A DNA stretch of 64,000 nucleotides from Selaginella moellendorffii (lineage: Eukaryota > Plantae > Lycopodiophyta). Position numbers and translations under genes: made by a program. The stretch is from positions 5,614,304 through 5,678,303 of the forward strand of contig NW_003314262.1 in NCBI RefSeq assembly GCF_000143415.4, read 5' to 3'. Shown here piece after piece: positions 40,101 to 52,856 of the stretch. The notes under the pieces were generated by a model. The model was not told the DNA's origin, ran no database searches, and saw only the letters and a program-made list of their open reading frames with translations. Each line of letters opens with the position of its first letter. Position 1 is the first letter of the stretch.

Positions 40101-42727
40101 TAACTGGAATGGAGTTGCCCTCTAGAACAATGGAATGTTCCACACCTGTTCTAGATGACACCAACAAAGAAACTTGGTGGCTGAAAACTGGTAGATGACG
40201 GAGGAGAACCTCACGCAAATCTCCTGGAATCGTCAACCTGAGAATATCTTGTCGAAGCTCCTGAAACTCCTCCTGCTGAGCGACTGAATTCTTGCTATCA
40301 GCCACTCTGCACTGCATCACCTCATCTCTCTCAGCCTTTTGCAACCCTTCTGTTTGGTCTCCAGCTTCAACTGGTACGGCGATTGCGCCCTTCCCACACA
40401 TCCGAGCACACTGGGCGTAAGACATCGTTGAGCAGTCCTAGGGAACCTCGATACCAGCCCAAGTGACCCTCTTGCCATTGTTATTGAAGCTGAGACGTTG
40501 CTCCTGGAAGTTCACCATGATATCCCCAAGCTGCTGGAGAGTCTCCACCCCGATGACTACATCCACTGCACCCATATCCAGCACATGGAACCAACCCTTC
40601 ACTGTGTACTCCCCAACCACAAATGCACAATCCACCACTTGAGATGATTCCACCATCCCTCCATCCGCAATCTCGACATTCAAGAGACTGTTGGTGTGCA
40701 ACGGAAGGAGCTTCAGCTGTGATAAACTCCGCTGATTCACAAATGTGTGTGAGGCACCAGAGTCTACCAGGCCGAAAGCCACCCTGCCATTAATTGTTCC
40801 CCGCACCCGGAAACACTGCGGACCAGTCTTTCCAAAATATGCTGAGCAGGAGATAAATGCCTTGCCACCTGAGCTGTCAGGGTCCTCCAAGCCCGGGCTG
40901 TTGTTCCCTGACTCCCAAACGAAGATCTCCTCACTCTCATCAACCGTGTCCATGTCGACTGGAACAAATTCCCCAGAAGCAGCCTCGCGAAAATGAAGCA
41001 TCGCCACCTTTGCCTTGGGAACAGTAGCACCCTTCCGAGATGGGCAAACCAAATGGTGGCCTCGAGTCCATTTCTGCCCGCAATCAAAGCATTTGCCTAG
41101 CTTTAAATCCTCTGAGCGTTTGGCCCGTTCCTGAGTGGATAGATCTCGCCAAGGCTTGCGTTCCTTATCACTGTTCACTGTCGGCGTAGGGGTCGGTGAT
41201 GCAGCTGGGAAATCCTGACGATGAAGCCTACTTATATCAGGACGACGCAATCAAGACTCCCATTCACGAAACCGCTGGTCTGCATTCAATGCTGCCACCA
41301 TTGCCTGACGCACAGAAACTGGTTTGGTTTGAGCAACATCACCTGCCATTGATGAGGGCAGCGCTGCTACGTAACGCTGGGCCAAAATCTCATCTGAAAC
41401 TCCCACTACCTCATATCTGGCCCGTAACCATCCTGTATTGAATGCTTGGAGAGTTTGATGTTGCCAGTCATAGCGAAGGTCGCACAACTTGTTGAAGGGC
41501 AGCTCCAAAACTGGGGTCAGGATGAAAGTGTCTGTGATCAAGACTTTGAACTGTTCCCAGTCCGGGAATATGCGAGCTCGTTCCAAGTTATGAAACCACT
41601 CAGAAGCCAGATCCTTCAAGAAGATTGATGCAAAGGGAACCTTATCCACTCCCTTGGTATCTCACCACACAAAACACCACTCCAGCTTGCGGAGCCAATC
41701 TTGAAGTCTTAGTCGATCATTTGAGCCATCGTACTCCGGTATATTGAGCTTCTCCCGATCCTGCCACCGTGACCCCATCCCTGGACCCCTCTCGAGTATC
41801 GCCTTGGCCCCTCCTTCTGGAACTGGTGACTTCATCTTCTCCAGCAAGTCATCATACCAAGGTCGATCACCTGTTGGGGGTAATTCAGGACTCGAATCTT
41901 GGAACCAATCTTCATCAGAAAAATGGTGCACGATGTCTTTCAGATCAGGGTCTCCTCGATCCTTGACCCTAGACCCCATCTGTTCTTGCTTCTCTGTCAA
42001 AACCCGCTGCTGCTCCCCCAGCTCCTCTATCTTGCCACTCATAGTGGCCTGATTGTGCTCGATGATGGCCAAGGTACGCTGCAATTGTTGGAACCTCTCC
42101 AAGTCCTGCTGATGATTCGTCACATAGCGCTGCATGAAAGACTGCAACACCTCCCTCAACTCACCAACCGGCTCAGGCACTACCTGTGGAGAATTCACTG
42201 GATCGACCACCTCTACATTGCTGGATTCTCCATCTGCTGAAGGGGAAGATTTCACCTCTTTTTTTCCTTTGTTCCATGGTGGCATTGCTTCTTTCCGGCG
42301 CCTCGCTCTCGCCCAAGCCCAGATCGCCCATGGCAGCCTAGGGTAAATGATCGCCGCCGCAAACACCTCCCGTCGGATGCCCTGCTGAGACAGCTGTACC
42401 CTAGATCGGGCGAATGCCGTGGAGCTAAGGACGTGGACCAATCCTCTCTCCCACGATGTGATATCCCGAATGATCTTTGCCAAGGTCCTAATCAATGCTC
42501 CGATACCAAATGTTAGGATGTGAATCCAATCAAAAAGGTTGTGATCCATTAATGAGTGATTCACATGAGAAACAAGAGAAGAGGAAAGGCTCAAAGCCTG
42601 GAAGAAGAAGAAGAGAATAACAAAAACCTAGCCTCCCCCTTTGCGCCAGTCGGACCATATATGTCTCGTATGGATCCCCCGTCGTCCCGCATCTGTACTA
42701 GTTATGAGCCAAGAATAGCTCATAACA
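37131..42727 (-). mobile_element. Full-length chromovirus (Reina-like Ty3/gypsy) with 217-bp LTRs 37131-37347 and 42511-42727
   Basis: TSD GAAAC; 3 LTR mismatches seen; PBS 42497-42508; PPT at the ORF end; chromodomain RYLVHWMNTGGDADTWL. Confidence 0.95.
37348..42285 (-). pseudogene. gag-pol: Single-frame gag-pol (gag, PR, RT, RNase H, integrase, chromodomain) with 4 internal stops
   Basis: Five track ORFs share one frame; LVDSGAS, VVVFFDDILIFS, ETDASD, SMDFVGGLP; stops at 41662, 41251, 40438, 38293. Confidence 0.92.
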
Positions 42728-43270
42728 GAAACGGATGCTTCGGACTTTGTATTGGGTGTAGTTTTGAAGCAAGACAACCATCCAGTGGCGTTCTTCTCGA
42801 AGAAGTTGGACAAGGCTCAGTGATGGGCCAATGCTTTGGCTGAGTTTAATTGCAAAATTCTGTATAAACTTGGGAAGAGCAACATCGTGGTAAATGCTCT
42901 AAGTCAAAAAGAAAACTTGAAGTTGGCGATATTTAGCACGACAACAACTTTTTCAACCTTCAACCATTTGGAAGAGTCTTACTCACAACCTTTATAAGTT
43001 CTATTCTTAACTTAAAGACTTGCTAGCCCCATGAATGGCCCCTATACCACTCTGCCTTTACATTTAGTCTAAGTGCTCCACATATCTGATCCCACTACAA
43101 ATACCCAAAAGTACCATTAACATATCCACCCATTATGCTAAGGCCATCTTCATTCACCTTTGCCTCATTGATAGTCCAAAACCACTTGTACCATAGTCTA
43201 GTCTCCCAAAAACTTGGCCATCTATTCATAAGTGGTCATTTAATGACCACCCTTTAGCATCCTTAGGATG

Positions 43271-44987
43271 TGTGAAACACAAATCCCAAGCCCCAAAGTG
43301 GAGTCGAAAGGGCACCATATGGTGGTGGCCAAAGCAAAAGCCAAACGAGCATAACATATTTGGACTAAAAACTCCAACTTAAAAGATTGAGAATAGTAGT
43401 GGAACTCTTAATAAAGTGCTCGAGAAAGAAGCACGAAGTGAGCAATAAGTGAGTCTTTAGAAAAGGAACACAAGAGGACCAACACATGACACGTGGAAGT
43501 GTCCAAGATGGACCCGAGATAGAGTCCAAGATGGACCTGAGATGGAGTCCGAGATGAGCCTGAGATGGAGTCCGAGATGGAGTCCAAGATGGACCTGAGA
43601 TGGAGTCCAAGATGGACCCGAGATGGAGTCCGAGATGGAGTCCGAGATGGGCCCGAGATGGAGTCTGAGATGGGCCCGAGATGGAGTCCAAGATAGAACC
43701 GAGACCGAGACTGAGACCAAGACCAAGACCGAGTCCGAATCTGAGACCGAGACCGAGACCTAGACTAAGTCCGAGTCCAAATACTAATACAGGCTGTTGG
43801 GTGAAAGCCCAAAGCGATCGTCCCTCAAGGAGGGGGGGGGGGGGGGGGGGGGTTGCAGAGGGTTCCAAAAAGTATAGTAGGGAGAGTGTGGGGGTTGGAG
43901 CCCAATGGAGCCAGTTTAGCTAGGAAAGGCCAGTTTGGCCTAGGAAGGTTGTACCTAGGTGTTGGGTGATGAGCTGATCACTGGGAAGTTCAAGACTAGA
44001 GTGAATATAGACTAATAAGTGAGGTAGCTTAGTGAAGTGTTCAAAAGCCGACTCTAGTTCCCCAGGGAGATTGAATGGTCGATGCTCCTAGTCCAAGTTT
44101 GGGCGGCACTACCTACTTGGATACCTGGTGTGGCTCAACGAAACCTCACTCTAAGCCCATGGCTAGAGCACCCAAAGGCGGAAGGCAAGGAGAGTACCCA
44201 CGAGGCTCGCATAGGGCCACAGTATTCCAAAATGTTGTCCTAATGTTCTAGACTATAAAAAGGAAGAGGAGCAATCCTTTGGTGTAGTGATCAAGGATAC
44301 AGCCGTATAGAGAGGAAGTCCTAGAGGACTGTGGGACTTAATGGTCAAGCTTGTGGGCCTTGATCCAGTGGCAGTGTTAGTGAACACGGCCATGGACAAA
44401 AAGGGACTTGGTGGGGACCAGAAAAAGGATATTGGGGAAAGCTATTCCCCATTTCTGTGGGCATCCTATGGATGCTAAAGAGTGGATCTAGGATGATCAT
44501 TCATGGATGGATAGCCCAATCTTTGAAAGACAAGACTATGATGCAGCATCATTGGGACACCCAAACACTCTAGAGCACCAAGAGGTGGTGTTTAATGTTG
44601 CGAGGGCAATAGATAAGGCTTAAGGGACTAAATCCCTAGCGAATGATGGATAACAACTTCTGGTAGCAATTGCATTGCTGCAACTTGATTAAAACCGAAA
44701 TCAACAAAGAACAAAAAAGAACCCGTATCTACAAACCCAAGGTGAAGGGGCATAGCATTAGTGTAATGGGCTGATTTGTCAGTGGTACCTTAGAGTGTCA
44801 GTCATAAGATCGGACACGTGGAGCACTTGGACTAAGTGTAAAGGTTGAGTGGCATGGATGCCATTCTCGGGGCTAACAAGTCCTTAAGTCCAGAATAAGA
44901 CTTATGGAGGTTGTGAGTGAAACTCCTCCAAATGGTCGGAGGTGTGGCTAAGTGATTAAAGTAGAGTAGAAAAATTAATCACTTACA
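43271..44987 (+). mobile_element. Solo LTR of the 29033 family, inserted in opposite orientation into an older LTR of the same family (~43007-43270 plus 44993-45540)
   Basis: TGTGAAACAC..ACTTACA ends; flanks GGATG/GAATG; older LTR resumes and ends GATTTGTGCTTCACA at 45540. Confidence 0.8.
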
Positions 44988-47050
44988 GAATGCTTGAAGA
45001 CATAGAGAATTCAATCCCCATCAAGTCCATCCCCGTCCATGGCAGTGCTCGCTAACACTACCATTGGGTTAAGGCCCGAAAGCCTGATAACAAATGCTAT
45101 TGACCTTTGGCACTTCCACACCACATGATTATATTCTTAGTCACTACACAAAAGGATTGCTCCTTTTTCTTTCCACAATCCGAGATTTTGGATGATATTT
45201 CAAAACACTACGGCTCTACACAAGCCTCATAGGTACTCTCCCCACCTTTTGCCTTTGGGTGCCCTAGCTATGTGGCTAAAGCGAGATTCTGATAAGCCAT
45301 GCCAAGTATCCAAAAATGTCATAGACAAAAGATTAGTTTGAGTGGTGAAATTAAAACTTTCATGAATGCTTTATTTACCAAGTTACCCTATTTGTTTGTT
45401 CATATTCACTTTAGCCTAGTGGTTATGTCATCACCCACCACATGGATGTAACCTTCTTAGGTTACACTAGCCTTTTTTGTCCAAACTGATTCCACCGGAG
45501 TCCAATCTTTACTTTGGGGTTTAGGGATTTGTGCTTCACAAAATATTTATGAAAGGGTTAGGAGATTATGCTGTGAATAGGGACTATGGTGGTATGTGTT
45601 AATAAGACTTATTAAGGGGTGAATGCCCTCTAAACTTACCAAAGTAAAGTCTTTACTATAGAATAAAAAAATACCCTAAGTACAGAAATTCTAAAGATTA
45701 TAGTAAATATTATAGAATATTAGTTATATTTTAAGTAGATGAAACTAGTTTTGAAAAATAGATGTAAGAACACTAAAGTATAAGGTTTTAAATTTGGATT
45801 TTCCAAAAGGTCATTTAGCCTAGTACTACTTAAACCCAAAGACGTTTAACCCAAATATACTAAAGCCATTAATTAATTGAAAAAAAGAGTACATTTTTAT
45901 TCATAAACCTTTTTCTTCTATAGTTAAACCTATAAGATCATTTCTTAAGTGATTCTCTTTGTTTAAGTCTTGCCAAAACAATAATAATCATTTCTTATGC
46001 CAATTATCAATTAGTATTGCACTGGTTGCTTACACAAAAATGATAGAGTTGGATATGGATAAATCTAAAGTAGAAAGCTTTTTAAAAAATTTTATTATAT
46101 GATATGTGAAATTTAGTGCCTAATTTGGTATAGAATAAAGGAGAGGATAATTATGTCCTCAAGGAAGAAAAACTCAAGGAGAGGATTGGGAAGTAGATTG
46201 CATATAATAATAATGTGCATGCTAATGTGTCAAATGCACCTATGAAACTGGTATAAGCAGCCAAATAGTAAGGATCTATGGGGTAATCCTTAAACCAAAT
46301 GTGAAGTTTTCTAATCACCTATCAAAATTTAATAAGTACTAAAGATCAAAATGAGGACTTATAGAGGTTTTGAACAAGACTCCTTAAATTATATAAAGGT
46401 GTAATTAAATGATTAAAGTATAATAGAAAATTTAGCCGCTTACAAAGAACACCATTACAATGTTCATGACACTTTTTAATTTCTATATAAATTTCCAATT
46501 AACTTTAGCTAAATATATTTATGGAACTTTACAATAATAAATATAAAGCTATTTAAAAAATAACTTTAAATAATTTCTATATAAAAATAAGTATAAAGTT
46601 ATTATACACTTATACATAAGTGTGAATATAGAAAATATAGTTATGTGAGGGCCAAGTGTACGGCTACGATGCCGTATACTAATATTAGCGTAGTGGATTT
46701 TGGTAGCCGTCGGATTGGTTTCAATCCGGACCACTTGCTCCTGTATATAAGCTAGGGTTTTTGGGTTAATTGGGATGCACATTTCTGTAGTCCCTTTCCA
46801 TATTCCATGCACTCACATTGGTGGAGGTGAGGGGCACCTTTGATTGTCCCTGGGGAGTGCTTGGATTTGGGATTTCGGTTTAGATCTAGCTTTTGCATTG
46901 TCTAGATCTAGCTTTTTCCATTTCCTTTCTTTTGTTCTTTCCTTTCAGGATTTTGGTTTAGATCTAGCTTTTTGCATTGTCTAGATCTACCATTTCTTTC
47001 TAGCTTTTTGTCATTTCTCTTCTTTTGCTCTTTCTTTCTCATTCATTTTC

Positions 47051-47983
47051 ATGGCCGATCCGCAATCTCTTCCTTTGACTCTAGAGCAGCAGTTGGTTCA
47101 ATTGCTTGATGCTATGCGCCTGCAATTGAACAACCAAACTCAGTTGATGGCGGCATTCACGGCATATGGTACAACTCCTCCTGCTTTTGGTGCCAATCCT
47201 CGCGTTCGGCCGGAGTTCTTTCATGGGAATCCTGGGGATGATGTGTACCATTGGTTCGATCACTTCACGGTGATTGCCACATATCATTCTTGGGATGATG
47301 CTCGGCATTTGCGTGAGTTCCCCACATGTCTTCAAGGGACGACATTGCAGTGGTACAATGGATTCAGCGCAGCTACTTGTGGCGATTGGAGTGTTCTTCC
47401 GGACGTCTTCAAACGCGCCTTCGGACACGCCGACAATTGTGATGATGCCTTCCAACAATTGCATCGTCTTCGCCAAGGGCCATCTGAGTCGGTGATGCAA
47501 TTTGGCGTTCGTTTCCGAAGTCTTTTGCTTCGTGCGGAGCCAAATATGTTGGAGCGGATCAAGCTAGGAATGCTGTGGCCAGCACTTCGTCAAGATCTTG
47601 TCGGACTTGTGCATGCACTTGCTCCTGCCACTCTTGACGATGCTCTTCGCTTGGCACAACGTTATGAGACGTCGCCTCTTCCACTTCTTGCTACACGTCC
47701 TTCAGCTCCACTTCCTATGAGTGATGGTCCTGTTCCCATGGAGGTTGATGCTGCTGCTACTCGAGTCCAAGGACAAGGGCGAGGACGTGGTCGTGGCCGT
47801 GACATTCGTTGCTGGGCGTGTGATGAAGTTGGTCATACTTATCGGCGTTGTCGGCGCTTTCCGGATTGGCGACCTCCATTTCCTGGGTGGAGACCTTGGC
47901 GTCAGCAACGTCCCGTTGGTGCTGCTGCGGTGGAAGGTTTGGATACCGAGGTGCATTCGGGAAACGAGGAGTTGCGCGAGTAA
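47051..47983 (+). CDS. gag: Gag (capsid plus CCHC knuckle)
   Basis: LRQGPSESV capsid motif, GPVPMEVD, CWACDEVGHTYRRC. Confidence 0.9.
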   Translation: MADPQSLPLTLEQQLVQLLDAMRLQLNNQTQLMAAFTAYGTTPPAFGANPRVRPEFFHGNPGDDVYHWFDHFTVIATYHSWDDARHLREFPTCLQGTTLQWYNGFSAATCGDWSVLPDVFKRAFGHADNCDDAFQQLHRLRQGPSESVMQFGVRFRSLLLRAEPNMLERIKLGMLWPALRQDLVGLVHALAPATLDDALRLAQRYETSPLPLLATRPSAPLPMSDGPVPMEVDAAATRVQGQGRGRGRGRDIRCWACDEVGHTYRRCRRFPDWRPPFPGWRPWRQQRPVGAAAVEGLDTEVHSGNEELRE

Positions 47984-48022
47984 TGGAGGGACCTTGCGCG
48001 AATAAGTTAGTGACCCCTCCAT
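47959..48022 (+). promoter_or_regulatory. Candidate -1 ribosomal frameshift signal (slippery heptamer plus H-type pseudoknot)
   Basis: G GGA AAC in gag frame; pol in the -1 frame; stems 47972-80/47993-48001 and 47983-90/48015-22. Confidence 0.75.
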
Positions 48023-50764
48023 CTTTCTTTCGGGAGTATCATCAAGGGGTTCACTCGGCACCGGTTCATCCAGTGTTTACTTTCCAAGCTCGTTTTTATA
48101 ACAAGAGGTCTCCTATTCTTCTCTCCGTGTTGGTTGATACAGGTTCGAGTTTATCTTCTATTGCTCGACCTGTTGCCACACGTTGTCGTCTACACTTGCG
48201 TCGTGCGGCGGATCCAGTTCTCATTCTTTATGGCAACGGCCGTACACATGCATGTGCACGAGATGAGGCGGACCTGGTTGTGCGTGTGGGCGATCTCGAG
48301 CTTGAGTTGCAGTCGTTGCGGGTGGTGCCGAGTCAAGCTTTTGACCTCATTCTTGGTATGGATTGGTTGCAGCACAATCATGCCAAGTGTGACTTTGAGG
48401 CTTTTCCCCCTTGTCTCATACTTCCTTATGTTTCATCCATTCCTCTCACTTCTGTACCTCTTCGTCCCTCTACTTCTACCTCTGCTTCCATTACTTTTGT
48501 TCCCCCATTATTTCCTCTTGTGTTTCCATCTTGTTCTGCTCTTCCCTTTTCCGATCCCTCCGATGATCTTTGTGTTGCAGCTGTTGATCAGCTCATGAAG
48601 GAGTATTCTGATCTCTTTGAATTTGACCTATCGTCTGGGGCCAAGATTGCCACACGTCATCCCATTCCAACCGGGTATGCTCGTCCAATCAAGGTTCCTG
48701 TTCGTCGTCGGTCACCCAAGGAGATCAAGATTTTACGTGCAAACGTTAAGGAGATGTTGGAGAAGGGTGTTATTCGGAAGTCGCGGAGTCCTTGGGCATG
48801 TGAACCTCATCTTGTGACGAAGCCTGATGGGAGTATTCGTTTCTGCATCGACTATCGTCCGTTAAATGAAGTGACGATCCCGGACGTGTACCCTCTTCCT
48901 CACACTGCTGATCTCTTGGATCGTCTGGGGCGAAGTCGTTGGTTCACCAAGCTAGATCTTGCTTCTGGGTATTGGCAAGTACCGATGGCTGAAGACGATA
49001 TTCCTAAGACTGCTTTTCGTACACCATTTGGTTTGTACGAGTTTTTGGTGATGCCGTTTGGTTTGAACAATGCTCCAGCAACTTTTCAGCGAATGATGGA
49101 CGAGGTTCTTTGCGATATGCCAGAGGTGACGGCTGACTTCATTGATGATGTCTTGATCCACTCGGAGGGGACGTGGGAGGAGCATGTTCGTGATGTTTGT
49201 AAAGTGTTGGATCGGCTACGCGACGTTGGTTTAAAGCTGAAGCGGTCGAAGTGCGTGTTTGGGTCCAAGGACACAACTTATCTTGGGTACCGTATTTCTC
49301 GTGAGGGTTTGCAAGTTGATCCTGACAAACTTGTGGCTGTTCTAAAGTTCCCTACTCCGAAGTGTGTGAATGATGTGCAGCGCTTTTTGGGTAAGGTGCA
49401 GTATCTCGGTCGTTTTGTGGATCATCTTTCCGATCGCACTTTACCATTGCGAGCGTTGCTGAAGTCATCAACGTCATCTTTCATCTGGTCTCCCGATTGT
49501 GAGCGGGCGTTCGTGAATCTCAAAGAGCTATTGACGACTCCTCCGGTTTTGGCATATCCTGACTACACTCGACCTTTTATTTTGCGCGTGGATGCTTCTG
49601 ACATTGGTCTTGGAGGTGTGTTGATGCAAGAGAGCTCGAGTGTGCCTGGTCAGCGCCATCCCATTGCATACATAAACCGTACATTACAACCAGCGGAGAT
49701 GAACTACTCCACGACGGAGAAGGAGTGTTTAGCAGCAGTCTGGGGTTTCGAGAAACTTCATGCCTATCTACATGGTTCTCGGACGTTACTTGAAGGTGAC
49801 CATGCTGCTGTTACTTCATTATTGAAGCGGAAGAACCTGGTTGGTCGTACGGCTCGATGGGCTTTGAAGCTTCAGATATATGATTTCGATGTTGTTCATC
49901 ACCCAGGGAGTTCTATGGCTGATGCTGATGCCCTTTCTCGAGCTCCTCTTCCTTCTCCACTCACTTCTCATGTTTCTGATGAACCTGTTGTTCCAGCATC
50001 TGTGGATTTTCTAGATGAGGATTCTGTGCCGTCGGCGGTTGCTGTCCTTGACGTTCAGTGTCCACAGGGCGTAGAGCAAGATCTACCTTCTCTGGATGAG
50101 GTTCGCGAGGCTCAAAAGATTGAGCCGTGGATTCGAAGGCTTCGAGATGGGTTTGAGAATCCTGCATCACTTGCTGATGACTTGCCTTTTCGGCATTTAC
50201 ATTCTCAATATCGCCTTGAAGATGGCCTTCTTTATTTTGTGGGGACGGATCCTGATGCTCATTTACAGCTGGTGGTGCCTTCGTTGTTTATTCCGCGGTT
50301 TCTCCATGCCTACCATGATTCTCCTATTCTAGGTGGGCATATGGGACACCGTCGTGTCACCGAGAAGTTGCGCAGATCTTTCTATTGGCCAGAGATGTGA
50401 CGTGATATTATCCGGTATGTGCGTAGCTGCGTTTGGTGCCAAGCTCGTAATACTCCCCCTTGTGCTGCGGAAGGACGGTTGGAGTCAATTGCAGTTTCTC
50501 GTCCGTTTGAGTTGGTGGCGTTTGATCTTATGGGACCTTTTCCGCGATCGACTGCTGGCAATGAGTATGTTATTATTGCTTCTGACTACTTGACTCGTTG
50601 GGTGGAAGTTGGTGCTCTTGCTAGTGCCTCTGCAACTGCTGTTGGATACTTCCTCCTCAATCGGGTGGTGTTCCAGCATTCTTGTCCAGAACGGATTCTT
50701 TCGGATAATGGTCCTGCATTTATGGCTGAGGTTTTTCATGTTTTGACATCTCGGTTGGGGATAC
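47962..50764 (+). pseudogene. pol: pol (PR, RT, RNase H, integrase N-part), stop at 50398, interrupted by the nested element
   Basis: LVDTGSS, LDLASGYWQ, DFIDDVLI, VDASD, GGHMG, FDLMGPF. Confidence 0.9.
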
Positions 50765-51218
50765 TGAAAACTCCTGGATTCTCTGGACTGGGAGGAAAAC
50801 GTCCACACGAGATCTTCCTAGGAGATTCAAATCTAATCTAGTCCCTAAATCTAAAAAAAACACTACAAAATGAATGCACTTACCTGCTTGTGCCGAGCCA
50901 AGTTGAGTCTGTGAACAAGTGCTTGAAGGTGCTAGTCCCACGCCTTTGATCCCTTGAAGGCGGTGGGTAAGTAAGACATTGCTGTGAAGAGCTGAAGAGA
51001 TAGGCAGAAAGACGATGTATTGCAATGTATTTTGTATTAGGGATAAGTCTAAAAACATTCTAAGTCCTACTTTTATAGTCGCTACTTCTCACGTCAAGGT
51101 TAGGAATACAGTCCTAACCTTGAACCTCTCAAGTTTACTTTCCTAAGCTTGAATCCTCGAGCTTGTCTTTTTCTCCCTTTTCCACTCTCCCACGACTGCC
51201 TTGTGCTGCGTCCCGCAG

Positions 51219-52163
51219 TCACTGCTCCATTGCTGCATCGTGGGTAGCTGCTCCCTCATGCGGTTCCTCCTCCTCTTCCTCCTCGTCATAAGTCTGAGCT
51301 GCTTCCTCGAGTGCGCGAATTCTTTCTTTTGCTGCGAGCAGCTCCTTGTTGAGCCTTGCATTTTCCTGCTCGTACTGCTGCGCAAGATCAAAAGATTCCT
51401 TACATGATTTCGGAGTCGGGATTCCATGACTGCGAATGCTCTTGATGGCGGCGTTCAGCTGCTTGAATCCATCCTCAAGCTTGGAAAGGCACTGCTCCAT
51501 CAGCTTGATGAACGTCTTTTCGTAGAAACTTTCGATGCCTTCGCGAGTGTACACAGCAAGCTTTGAGTCGTGATACTGCTGCAGGAAGTTGTGGGGGAGC
51601 TTGTTGCCATGACTGCTGCGATCCTGCTCCTCACGACCTCGTTTCTCCGGTGTGTAACGGCGTGGAGGGCGGTTGTGGAGATGTCGCTCTGCTCCATCCT
51701 GCTGTCCACGGGTGTCCATCTCGTCAGCTTCGTCGTTTGGTGAGAGCCCGTGACTTGCTTTGTCGAAACCCTTGTCGTTGTCCTTGGCCGTTGCGGTTAT
51801 CACAACCGTTTCGGGCTCAAGGTTACAGTCCTGTGTTGCTGACTCAAGACTGCAAACTTGAGCTGCCGGGAGCTGCTTCGGATCAACTTTGTCAATTTGA
51901 GTGCTTTCGTCTTGATTGTGTATCTCTGGCGCTGGAATTTCCTGCGTGTGATCCTCTGGGTTTCCTTCGACATGGAGTGGTTCCTCCTGTGTGTTCTCAC
52001 GCTCCACAAGTCCCTACTCCTTTGGAGTTTCCTTCTGGAATTCTCCTTGTTCGTCCTGAACTTCCATACGTTTTTCCTGCACCTCCTCCTGGTCGTCCGC
52101 ATCTTCTACTTGATTTTCCTGCGCCTCTTCTTGTTCGTCTTGCTCCTCATCCTCTTTTTCCTG
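51219..52163 (-). pseudogene. Acidic/coiled-coil C-terminal part of the 3' extra ORF of a sister element, truncated by the middle LTR
   Basis: Frame open from the LTR junction apart from one TAG at ~52014; ends EEAAQTYDEEEEEEEPHEGAATHDAAMEQ like the copy at 52616. Confidence 0.7.
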
Positions 52164-52856
52164 TGAAAACACTTGGAATCTCTGGACTGGGAGGAAACGT
52201 CCACACGAGATTTTCCTAGGAGTTTCAAATCTAATCTAGTCCCTAAATCTATAACTACACTACAAGAAGAATGCACTTACCTGCTTGTGCCGAGCCAAGT
52301 TGAGACTGTGAACAAGTGCTTGAAGGTGCTAGTCCCACGCCTTTGATCCCTTGAAGGCGGTGGGTAAGTAAGACATAGCTGTGAAGAGCTGAAGAGATAG
52401 GCAGAAAGACGATGTATTGCAATGTATTTTGTATTAGGGATAAGTCTAAAAACATTCTAAGTCCTACTTTTATAGTCGCTACTTCTCACGTCAAGGTTAG
52501 GAATACAGTCCTAACCTTGAACCTCTCAAGTTTACTTTCCTAAGCTTGAATCCTCGAGCTTGTCTTTTTCTCCCTTTTCCACTCTCCCACGACTGCTTTG
52601 TGCTGCGTCCCGCAGTCACTGCTCCATTGCTGCATCGTGGGTAGCTGCTCCCTCATGTGGCTCCTCCTCCTCTTCCTCCTCTTCATAAGTCTGAGCTGCT
52701 TCCTCAAAGTCTTGTGATCTGAATTTGACCAGCTTCTTCCCGAGATCAGTTGCACAAATGCCTCTTCTCGAAACTTCAAACATCCGACTTGAAACAGCCA
52801 CAACTTCTCCTGGACAGCTTTCAGTTTTGCTGCTTTACTACTTACTTCCTCTACTC

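Larger units (their letters stand above)
27896..42960 (+). mobile_element. Decayed Ty3/gypsy host element in three pieces: gag/protease 27896-29032, RT 36227-37130, RNase H 42728-42960
   Basis: CYNCGEAGNFLRECP; ILIDIGASNNF; [10 protein letters not shown] and [12 protein letters not shown]; EIET|DASDFVLGVVL reads across the 37130/42728 junction; many stops. Confidence 0.85.

Noticed and set aside
41662-42594. 310-aa ORF starting inside the LTR
   Set aside because: Upstream part crosses LTR and PBS; gag more plausibly starts at ATG 42285 (MPPWNK)
43831-43853. Poly-G tract as a functional G-quadruplex
   Set aside because: Absent from the other two LTR copies; likely slippage or sequencing artefact
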